A DNA stretch of 64,000 bases, taken from the NCBI GenBank assembly GCA_016934955.1, contig JAFGRY010000031.1:70805-134804 (forward strand), written 5' to 3'. This DNA is from a bacterium. GTDB taxonomy: Bacteria; Zhuqueibacterota; QNDG01; JAGLOF01. A program made the translations under genes and the position numbers. Shown in pieces: positions 56,314-64,000 of the stretch. The notes under the pieces are model-generated. The model was not told the DNA's origin and made no database searches. It saw only the letters and a list, made by a program, of their open reading frames with translations. Each line of letters starts with the position of its first letter. Positions within the stretch are counted from its first letter, which is position 1.

Positions 56314-58313
56314 TGATCACCTCCCGAATTCAGATACGACACGATCAGTGCAAGGAGCGATTGCAGCCGAACCGGCTTGCTCAGGTACTCGTTTGCCCCC
56401 GCACCGATACAACGGTCCCTGTCACCGGGCATCGCCAGGGCGCTGATCGCGATGACCGGCACCTTCTTGTATTCGGATCCGGAGCGTATCCTGCGAATCG
56501 CCTCCAGGCCGTCCATGCCCGGCATTTGAATATCCATGAGGATGAGCCGGATCCCGGGATTGAGGGCCGCGACGGCTTCCAGTCCGTTTCTGGCGACAGT
56601 GACGGTGAATCCTTTTTTGCTCAGATAATCCCGTATGGTCATTATATTCTGTTCATTGTCTTCGGCCAGCAGAATGTGACCGGCGGCGGAGGGACCGGCA
56701 TCGGACTTCCCCGCCGTTGTTCCGTCGTCCCTCTGGGATTGATCCGTGGGCGTTTCCGGATCGATGAAGGGGATCGATACGGTGAAGGTGCTTCCCCTGC
56801 CCTGTTCGCTGACCAGGGAAATGCCGCCGCCGTGCAGCTCCGTCAGCCTCCGGACCAGGGCGAGCCCCAGCCCGGTGCCCGCGTGAGCGCGGGACAGGCG
56901 CGAATCGAGCTGCTCGAAAGGCCGGAACAGCCGCTGCATATCCTCGGGGGCGATGCCGATTCCGGTGTCCCTGACGGCGAAATTCAGGGTGGTCCGCTCA
57001 TCGTCGCTGTCGACCGACAAATCGATTCTGCCGCCTTCAGGAGTGAATTTCACCGCGTTGGAAAGCAGGTTGACCAGGATCTGCTTTAGCCGCCGTTCAT
57101 CGGCAAGAAAGGTGGTAATGGTATCCTGAATATGGGAATGAATCTGTATCTGCTTCTTGACCGCGTTCTGCCTGACCATGGCGATACTGCTGGCGATAAC
57201 GCCGTTGATGTCTACGGGGATACGTTCGAATTCCAGTTTCCCCGCCTCTATCTTGGAAATATCGAGAATATCGTTTATGAGAGAGAGCAGATGGCGCCCG
57301 CTGTCCTGGATGATCTGAAGCGACCGGTACTGTTTTGAATTGATATCACCGTAGACATTTTCCTGCAGCGCTTCGGACATGCCCAGAATTGCATTGAGGG
57401 GTGTTCTCAGTTCATGGCTCATGTTTGCCAGAAATTCGTCTTTCAACCGTACCGCCCTGGCCAGTTCCGCATTGGCCAGGCTCAGTTCCTGGGTTCGTTC
57501 ATCCACCCGCCTGGCCAGCGAGGCGCGTTCTTCTTCCAGATCGGCCTCGACCTGTCTGCGCTGGGTGATATCACGAAAGACCAGCACGACTCCCAGAATG
57601 GCGTTATTCTCATTCCTGATCGGGGCCAGATTGACTTCAATGGGAATCTGTCTCCCGGAAGGCACCGATAAGAAGATATCATCCCTGGCGGTGAACTGCT
57701 CACCCTTGAGCACCTCCTCGAACACCTTGGCAAGCTGATACCGGCCCTCCGCGAGGACGGCATTGAACACATCGAAGACCGGTTTTCCCACCGCCCTGCT
57801 CTCTTTCCATTCCGAGAGATCGGCCGCAACCGGATTGATAAACGATATGCGGCTTTCAAGATCGGTGGCGATCACGCCGTCTCCGATACTTTCCAGTATG
57901 GTTGACAGCCACGCCTTGCGTTCCCGCAGCTCTGCATCCATGCGGTTCTTGTAGAGAGCCGTCTCGATAACCACATAGAGCTCTTCATCGATGAACGGTT
58001 TGATGATATACCCGGAGGGCTGGCTGTCCTTCACCCGCCTGAGCGTCTGCTGGTCGGCATGGGATGTCAGATAGACAATAGGAATATCATGCCTGGACTT
58101 GATGAGCTCGGCTGTCTGGATGCCGTCGAGATCTCCGTGCAGAATGATATCCATGAGGATGAGATCGGGCAGCGACTGCTCAAGGATGTCCACCGCTTTC
58201 TGTCCCGAATCCACGATGTCATGCACCCGGTAGCCCAGATCCTGGAGCCTGGTCTTGATGTCTTCGGCAACCAGCCTCTCATCCTCGACGACAAGAACTG
58301 ATGTATCACTCAT
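56310..58313 (-). CDS. Hybrid sensor histidine kinase (REC-PAS-HisKA-HATPase_c-REC)
   Basis: 'VLVVEDE...LILMDIIL', PAS 'LSTILESIGDGVIATD', H-box 'SHELRTPLNAILG', 'NLLSNAVKFT', 'DTGIGI', 'GTGLGL', C-terminal 'ILLAEDN...LILMDIQMPGMDG'. Confidence 0.9.
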   Translation of the reverse strand: MSDTSVLVVEDERLVAEDIKTRLQDLGYRVHDIVDSGQKAVDILEQSLPDLILMDIILHGDLDGIQTAELIKSRHDIPIVYLTSHADQQTLRRVKDSQPSGYIIKPFIDEELYVVIETALYKNRMDAELRERKAWLSTILESIGDGVIATDLESRISFINPVAADLSEWKESRAVGKPVFDVFNAVLAEGRYQLAKVFEEVLKGEQFTARDDIFLSVPSGRQIPIEVNLAPIRNENNAILGVVLVFRDITQRRQVEADLEEERASLARRVDERTQELSLANAELARAVRLKDEFLANMSHELRTPLNAILGMSEALQENVYGDINSKQYRSLQIIQDSGRHLLSLINDILDISKIEAGKLEFERIPVDINGVIASSIAMVRQNAVKKQIQIHSHIQDTITTFLADERRLKQILVNLLSNAVKFTPEGGRIDLSVDSDDERTTLNFAVRDTGIGIAPEDMQRLFRPFEQLDSRLSRAHAGTGLGLALVRRLTELHGGGISLVSEQGRGSTFTVSIPFIDPETPTDQSQRDDGTTAGKSDAGPSAAGHILLAEDNEQNIMTIRDYLSKKGFTVTVARNGLEAVAALNPGIRLILMDIQMPGMDGLEAIRRIRSGSEYKKVPVIAISALAMPGDRDRCIGAGANEYLSKPVRLQSLLALIVSYLNSGGDH

Positions 58314-58488
58314 ACGGAAAACCTGTCATTGGAGGAATCCGTACCTGGTGCAGGCAGCGGACACCTCTGCATGGCGAAACGTCGGCGCCCCCGGGTTCCG
58401 TCTTCAACCGGAGGCCGATGAATACGTTCGGTATGGAATGAATTAAAATAGCGAATTAGAATACAAAAATCAAGTACCCGCGGCGGTT

Positions 58489-61029
58489 TTAGCGTTCCCG
58501 CCCCTCTGCCGGGGAAAGAAAGACAATGTCTTTCAGGCCGTCCCCGCTCTTGTCTGTAACCCTGAAATAGTATCCCCAGGGCCCGTATATATTGCAGACC
58601 TTGACGAGGACGAAGTTAAGCCCCTTCTCCAGATGCACGTTGATGATATCATTGTCAAATATCGAGTCCCGAAAAATATTGTTCTTCCACACCGCCCTGC
58701 CGTTGAGGAACACTTTCACCGCTTCATTGGAGCCCAGCCGGAACTGGGCCTCGGTGGCGCGCGAGGCCTTGATCACCGTCATGCCGTACGCGACCGACCA
58801 CCCGCTTTCGGGAAACCGTTTCTGCAGATCGATATACCCTTCGCGGCAGTCGTCGGACCGGACCAGCCAGGGCACAGTGCCCCGGCCGGGCCGCACTGTT
58901 TCCGGAGAGAACGTCTTGTTGAATCCGTTGCGGTTGTCGTAGGGTCCGGCGAACAGCCATCGTTCCTCTTCCGGCACGCCGCAGCGCTGCAGCTGCTTAC
59001 GCGCCTTGTCCTCCTCACCGATTTTGTAGTACAGATCTGCAAGATATGTCCTGAAAACCATCTCCGATCGCTGCAGCTCCTTTTTTTGACAAAAATCGAT
59101 GGCGGAGCGATATTCGTCGATGTACGGACCCGGATTGTCCCGGGCGAACTCATTGTAATATCGATAGATCGACCAGCCGCGGTAATTGATCGGAAGATCC
59201 TCGGTCCTGTCAAGGAGGGTGAGAAATTCGCTGAAAAAGGGCCGGAGCGGTTCACCGTGCTCCTCCCAGAGACCCGCCCGCATGCAGAGTATGGCCGGAA
59301 GAAAACGGCCGGTGACGGCGAGATAGTCCGGTTTGTTCTCGAGCATGTCGAGGACAGCCGCTGCTGTTTCATCGAGCCGAACCCCGTAATCGAGAGAGAT
59401 CCTGATCAGCAGGTTGAGGGCAATCGGCACCGTTCCGGCCATACGCATGACCTCATCATACTGGCGCTCCCAGTATGCCCGCCTCGTCGCAGCATCATTC
59501 ACTTTCGGATCGATCTCCTCCCTCAGCAGCTGTACCTCCAGGAGGTTGTCATTGTACTCGGCCAGCTTTTCGAGGCTGGAAAGAGCCAGGGCATAGTCGC
59601 CGAGCCGCCACTGCAGGAGGGCTATCTGGCGGTAGGCGGCCGCTTTGTTCGCCCTGTCGCTGACCAGCGGCAGAAATCGCTGGAGATAGATGTCGAGCGC
59701 ATTCTCATAATCTCCGCGGGCGATATCGACCTGGGCCAGACCGGCAAGGGAGTAACTGAAACTGCTGTCCCTGGCAAGCGATGCACGGTAAAAGTCTTCG
59801 GCCTTGTTCAGGGTGCCTTCCCGCAGAAAAATTTCCGCGTTGCTGTCATAAGGGTTCGGCTCGTCCGGCTCCATGACCCGGTACCGGTCGAGGATGGCGT
59901 GGGCGTCCTGAAAATTGCCCTGCTCAGCGAAAATATATCCAAGTATGTTGTACGCCGCGGCGTACGTGGGATCGAGGGAAAGGATGCGCTTGTAATACCG
60001 TACCGCCTCATCCCGCTTGTGCAGGCTCCAGAAAATGTTGCCGATATTCTGAATGGGATCGATATCGTTCGGATATTCCTCGAGCCATGCCTGCGACACT
60101 TCCATTGTCCTGCCCGGATCACCGTCAAGACGCGATTTGAAGACATCGATCTCATATTTTTCCCGGAGTGACGCCTGGTCACGCAGCGCCATCAGTTTCG
60201 ACATCCAGCGCGCGCTGTTGTCATTGTCTCTCCTGGTGATGGATATCCTCAGCAGGCTGATGTAGGCGAGTACGAAATTCGAATCGATTTCAACGGCCTT
60301 CCTGAGGCTCTCATAGGCCGCACTCTGCCTGAAACGGTTGATCAGCTGGACGCCGTTCACGTAGTGCTGCCACGCTTCGATGGAGGGAGATTCCTCGCTC
60401 AGGGAAAGGTGACGGGATTGACTCTGGGTATCGTCAAAGGAAAGTGTCAGCTCCTCTTTCATGACTCCCGAGAGATGATCGACCATGGAAAAAAGCTGCT
60501 CCAGCCCCGCTCCCTCGGCTGTTTCCTCACGAAGAACGGTGCCGCTGTCGGCTTCGTGCAGCTGTACGGTGATACAGAGTGAATCTCCCGTTTTTGTGAT
60601 GTTGCCGCTGAGATAGGCCTCGAGATTCGCCTTTCTGGCAAAGACAGCGGCCATATCCATGTCGATATCCCTGGCGGTTGAATCGCCTCCGAGACGTTCC
60701 GTCAGCTCATACAGCCGTTCCGTACCAAGCACCGACAACCGCTGAGACTGGGAGAGGCTTCTCACGAACATCTCGGTCAGCCCCTGCTGAAGCCAGTCGA
60801 GATCGTAATCACCGGTGCGGTTTTGGAAAAAAAACACGGCGACGGCCCTTCGGCTGGCGGGTTCGAGATAGATGGAAGTGGAGGTGTCGGCCGTGGCCGG
60901 CTGGACGCTCTCCCCCCCCGAGAGCCGTATTCTGCGCTGATCATTATCAGGGGCGCAGGAGAACAGCGCCGGCAGAAGGACACCCGCGACGATCACTCTC
61001 ACAGCGAGGGTATTATGACCTGGACTCAT
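58489..61029 (-). CDS. Large TPR lipoprotein (paralog B): TolB-N/CsgG-like N-domain + TPR array + C-terminal beta-sandwich-like domain
   Basis: Lipobox 'ALFSC'; 'VAVFFFQNRTGDYDLDWLQQGLTEMFVRSLSQSQRLSVLGTERL'; many TPR-like repeats; C-terminal 'WLFAGPYDNRNGF...VKVCNIYGPWGYYFRVTD'. Confidence 0.6.
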   Translation of the reverse strand: MSPGHNTLAVRVIVAGVLLPALFSCAPDNDQRRIRLSGGESVQPATADTSTSIYLEPASRRAVAVFFFQNRTGDYDLDWLQQGLTEMFVRSLSQSQRLSVLGTERLYELTERLGGDSTARDIDMDMAAVFARKANLEAYLSGNITKTGDSLCITVQLHEADSGTVLREETAEGAGLEQLFSMVDHLSGVMKEELTLSFDDTQSQSRHLSLSEESPSIEAWQHYVNGVQLINRFRQSAAYESLRKAVEIDSNFVLAYISLLRISITRRDNDNSARWMSKLMALRDQASLREKYEIDVFKSRLDGDPGRTMEVSQAWLEEYPNDIDPIQNIGNIFWSLHKRDEAVRYYKRILSLDPTYAAAYNILGYIFAEQGNFQDAHAILDRYRVMEPDEPNPYDSNAEIFLREGTLNKAEDFYRASLARDSSFSYSLAGLAQVDIARGDYENALDIYLQRFLPLVSDRANKAAAYRQIALLQWRLGDYALALSSLEKLAEYNDNLLEVQLLREEIDPKVNDAATRRAYWERQYDEVMRMAGTVPIALNLLIRISLDYGVRLDETAAAVLDMLENKPDYLAVTGRFLPAILCMRAGLWEEHGEPLRPFFSEFLTLLDRTEDLPINYRGWSIYRYYNEFARDNPGPYIDEYRSAIDFCQKKELQRSEMVFRTYLADLYYKIGEEDKARKQLQRCGVPEEERWLFAGPYDNRNGFNKTFSPETVRPGRGTVPWLVRSDDCREGYIDLQKRFPESGWSVAYGMTVIKASRATEAQFRLGSNEAVKVFLNGRAVWKNNIFRDSIFDNDIINVHLEKGLNFVLVKVCNIYGPWGYYFRVTDKSGDGLKDIVFLSPAEGRER

Positions 61030-63599
61030 AACGGCACCCTGTATCGTATATGGGGAGCGCCCCGTCCATCACTGTCGGTGATCCGGAAATAGACACCCCA
61101 GGCACCGTAATCGTTGCTTGTTTTCATGAGGATCGTATTGATCCCGGGCACCAGGTGCGCATCGATACAGACCTCATCGATCACCGCGTTTCTATCCACA
61201 TTAATTTTCCAGATCTCTTTATTGTTGAGGTAGAGGCGCTGGGGTCCCGTGGCTCCGGTCCGCAGCTGCACATCCTGTTCAATGTCCGACTCGACAAACA
61301 GCAGGGTATAGGCTGCCGACCAGTTCCGATCGGGATACCACGCACTGAAATCGAGATAGCCGTCATGAAACGCATCGGCGAACGGCTTCCAGACATCCCC
61401 CTGTTCGGCATACCCCTCCCAGGCTGCTGCCGTTACATCGATATCGTTATAGGTGAACCCCTGGCGGTCAGCATACGGACCGGCTGTGAGCCATGCCTGC
61501 TCCGGCGGAATTCCGCAGATGGCCAGCTCCCCGGAGGCGGCCGATGGCTTCCCGGTACGGAAATACAGATCTGCACGAAACGACCTCAGCAGCATTTCCA
61601 TTTTCAGCAAACCCTGCTTCCGGCAGCGGTCGATCATCCGCGCATACACGGCAAACACCGTATCAGGCGCGGTGCTGAACTGATCGTTGAGATAGAGACA
61701 GCTTTCCCAGAACCGGCTGATGTAAACGGGTCCCCCGGTCCGGACGATGGTCTCCAGCACATCTTCCAGTACCCGGCCGCTGCGTGCGGCATCGCCGGGT
61801 CCGGGCCGATACCGGTGGGACAGTATCTCCGGCAACAGCCGCTCCGGGCCCTTCACCAGATCACTGTAATCGTGCTCCGCCAGATAGGCGGCGGTTTCAG
61901 GGCCCTTGATATCGAGATAGACGCCCAGTCTGAGCAGCAGGGACAGGGCCGGCTCGCTGTAGGCGGCGGCCGCGGTCAGAATATCATACTGCTGCGCCCA
62001 GTACTGCCCGGCATCGAAGCCGGGATCCCGGTCCGTGCGGATACGGGCGATCTGAATCATCGATTCATACAGTACCTGGGCAAAGGCCTTCAGTTTCTGG
62101 AAAGAGGCTTCCGCCATGTCATAGTCGCCTTTTCTCCAGCAGGTCAGTCCGATCTGCCGCAGAAGATCGGCTTTGCTGTTTCGGTCGGGCGTGTAATCGA
62201 AGCACTCGAAGAAGATCTTCCTCGCTTCTTCATACCGGCCCTGGTCAGCCTGCAGCCGCCCCAGCGCGATCCGGGAGCTGAGAAAATTCGCATTCTTCAT
62301 CAGGGAAATGGAATAGAACTTTTCCGCCTTCCGGTAGTTGCCCTGGTACGCCGCTATTTCTCCGGCACTGTCCCAGGTGTTCGATTCCTCCGGGTATCGC
62401 TCCCTGATCAGCACCTCATAACGGGCGGCCCGTTCAAAGTCCCCCATCCGCGCGTGGACGTAGGCGAGGAATGTATTCACCACTTTATTGAAGGGATCGA
62501 TCTCAAGCACGTTGTTGAAATACGCGGCGGCGAGGTTCCACTCGGACCAGCTGTAATAGATATTGGCGAGATTGATGTTGGGATCGATATCGCCGGGATA
62601 GGCTTCGTACCATTGCCGGGAGATATCCATGATCCGCGCCTGATCGTTGGTCGCCTGGGCTTCCAGAATATCGATCTGGTAGCGTTCCCGCAGCGAGGCC
62701 GAATCACGCAGGCTCAGCACTTTCCGGTATGTCTCGTAGGCCTCGGCATCTTCCCCCAGAGAGAGCAGCAGGGGCGAAAGCCGCAGGTAGACATCGATAT
62801 AGGTCGAATCCTCCCCGAGAGCGGCCCGGAATTCATTCACCGCATCCTGGCGAAGGTACTGGTTGGCGTAATTGACCCCCGCGATATAGTGTTTGAGCGC
62901 CTCCAGCGACCGGGTAGCCGGCTGAATGATCCGTTCTTCATCCTCCGCGCCCTGGGCCAGGGTCTGCTGCAGATTGTCCCGTATGGTCCCGGACAGGTCG
63001 TCGACCATCGCGAAGATATGTTCGAGTCCCACCGCAGCCGCGGATTCTTCCTGGATGAGTTTACCGTGGGCCGCTTCATGCAGGTGCACCGTGATGCGAA
63101 GCGAATCGCCCGTTCGGCTGATGTCTCCCCGCAGAAACGCCTCCACATTCGCCTCCTTGGCGAAACGGATTGCGTTCTCCAGTTCCAGTTCAGCGGAGTC
63201 GGTTTCGCCTCCCAGCCGGGTCAGCACATCATAAAACCGTTCCGTGCTCATCACCGAGATACGCTGCGACTGGGCCAGGGCCCGGATGAACATCTCGGCC
63301 AGTCCCTGCCTGAGCCATTCCAGCCGGGGGTCACCGGTACGGTTGTCGAAAATCATGACCGCGATCGCCCGGCGCAGCGCCGGCTGAAGATAGAGAAGAG
63401 ACGCGGGCTGTTCACTGATCCTGGCCGCGGGGCCGGTGGAAGAGAGTCGTATCTTTCTCTTTTCTCCGTTGCCGCCGCAGTGCAGGCTGAGAACCAGCAC
63501 CCCCAGGGCGGCGGCCGCGACCGCCAGCCGGCCCGGCGTCACGCGCGCTGCATGTTTAAACGGTGCACCATCCATATTGGTTTTATCCCTGCGAACCAT
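61026..63599 (-). CDS. Large TPR protein (paralog A) with the same architecture as 58489-61029
   Basis: 'IAVMIFDNRTGDPRLEWLRQGLAEMFIRALAQSQRISVMSTERF', TPR array, 'WLTAGPYADRQGF...MKTSNDYGAWGVYFRITD'. ATGA overlap with the downstream paralog. The signal/lipobox 'LSLHCG' is atypical. Confidence 0.6.
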   Translation of the reverse strand: MVRRDKTNMDGAPFKHAARVTPGRLAVAAAALGVLVLSLHCGGNGEKRKIRLSSTGPAARISEQPASLLYLQPALRRAIAVMIFDNRTGDPRLEWLRQGLAEMFIRALAQSQRISVMSTERFYDVLTRLGGETDSAELELENAIRFAKEANVEAFLRGDISRTGDSLRITVHLHEAAHGKLIQEESAAAVGLEHIFAMVDDLSGTIRDNLQQTLAQGAEDEERIIQPATRSLEALKHYIAGVNYANQYLRQDAVNEFRAALGEDSTYIDVYLRLSPLLLSLGEDAEAYETYRKVLSLRDSASLRERYQIDILEAQATNDQARIMDISRQWYEAYPGDIDPNINLANIYYSWSEWNLAAAYFNNVLEIDPFNKVVNTFLAYVHARMGDFERAARYEVLIRERYPEESNTWDSAGEIAAYQGNYRKAEKFYSISLMKNANFLSSRIALGRLQADQGRYEEARKIFFECFDYTPDRNSKADLLRQIGLTCWRKGDYDMAEASFQKLKAFAQVLYESMIQIARIRTDRDPGFDAGQYWAQQYDILTAAAAYSEPALSLLLRLGVYLDIKGPETAAYLAEHDYSDLVKGPERLLPEILSHRYRPGPGDAARSGRVLEDVLETIVRTGGPVYISRFWESCLYLNDQFSTAPDTVFAVYARMIDRCRKQGLLKMEMLLRSFRADLYFRTGKPSAASGELAICGIPPEQAWLTAGPYADRQGFTYNDIDVTAAAWEGYAEQGDVWKPFADAFHDGYLDFSAWYPDRNWSAAYTLLFVESDIEQDVQLRTGATGPQRLYLNNKEIWKINVDRNAVIDEVCIDAHLVPGINTILMKTSNDYGAWGVYFRITDSDGRGAPHIRYRVPL

Positions 63600-63614
63600 G
63601 CCAGCCGTGAACGG

Positions 63615-64000
63615 TCATGCGCATGCTTTCAGCACAATGACCGTCATGTCGTCGTGCTGGGGCGCCGCTCCCGTGAATCCGTTTACGTCCCCGATTATTT
63701 TTTCCCGCAGCTCGACGGCCCCCAGGTCCCGGCAGCCGTCGGGATAGGTTTCCAGCCGCTGCTCGCTGAAAACGTCTTTAGCGGCGTTCATCGCTTCGGA
63801 GATACCGTCGGTGTAAAAGATAAACACATCGTCTTTTTCAAAGGAGATCGCCTTCTCGCGGATCACATCGGCGAAGAGACCGTCTTCCGCAAGCCCGATG
63901 CCGAGTCCGGCCGGCGTCAGCGATTCAGTGCGGCCGTTCTTCGCATCGAAGTAGATGAGCGCATTGTGACCCGCCCGTGCATAGCGAAGCCGTTTTTTCT
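63615..64000 (-). CDS. PP2C/SpoIIE-type serine phosphatase, C-terminal part (5' end outside window)
   Basis: My hand translation shows the frame open to the window edge: '...RAGHNALIYFDAKNGRTESLTPAGLGIGL...DDVFIFYTDGISEAMN...APQHDDMTVIVLK', matching SpoIIE-domain C-terminal motifs. Confidence 0.75.
   Translation of the reverse strand, partial: KKRLRYARAGHNALIYFDAKNGRTESLTPAGLGIGLAEDGLFADVIREKAISFEKDDVFIFYTDGISEAMNAAKDVFSEQRLETYPDGCRDLGAVELREKIIGDVNGFTGAAPQHDDMTVIVLKACA

Noticed and set aside
1-64000. Window-wide look for CRISPR arrays, rRNA/tRNA genes, IS elements, integrases, phage genes, reverse transcriptases or known defence-system signatures.
   Set aside because: None was recognised. 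Intergenic space is short (the largest spacers are about 210 nt) and every large ORF has a non-mobile assignment. This was a visual scan only and should be confirmed with tRNAscan-SE, Infernal/Rfam, ISEScan, DefenseFinder and PADLOC.

Overview
High-GC (hand-counted lines give about 60-68%, with lower-GC islands), densely coding bacterial chromosomal segment from a diderm organism (LpxH, PBP1A and many lipobox lipoproteins). I recognise about 56 CDS. By eye I found no rRNA, tRNA, CRISPR array, transposase or integrase. Layout: (i) 1-12.5 kb holds the tail of a sigma-54 enhancer-binding protein, a sigma-54-type promoter, a stand-alone receiver and glutamate dehydrogenase. It also holds three paralogous PEP/pyruvate-binding (PPDK_N ATP-grasp) proteins that lack a recognisable phosphohistidine swivel domain. 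They share an unrecognised C-terminal module and carry different regulatory add-ons. A metallophosphoesterase and a translationally coupled SplB-like radical SAM gene complete this region, which I consider the most unusual in the window. (ii) 12.6-35.8 kb is mostly housekeeping: lpxH, PBP1A, then a 20-kb minus-strand string with deoA-deoC-pdxA, yraN, rnhB, GH92 and GH2 mannosidases, MFS, nitroreductase, cstA, LemA-NTase-TPM, coaX, STAS, radC and PHP. (iii) 36.3-41.4 kb is a hypF-(membrane ORF)-hypCDE maturation operon with no hydrogenase structural genes in view. (iv) 41.6-51.1 kb carries transporters, a PadR-led membrane operon, an EF-P-like (YeiP/EfpL) gene and htpG. (v) 52.2-64.0 kb is a long minus-strand envelope/signalling operon. 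It runs PP2C phosphatase, two paralogous giant TPR lipoproteins, a hybrid histidine kinase, a receiver-kinase that seems to need a CTG start, a TPR/CsgG-like lipoprotein, an outer-membrane barrel and a small lipoprotein. All functional calls rest on motif recognition from the supplied translations. No database search or computation was run.
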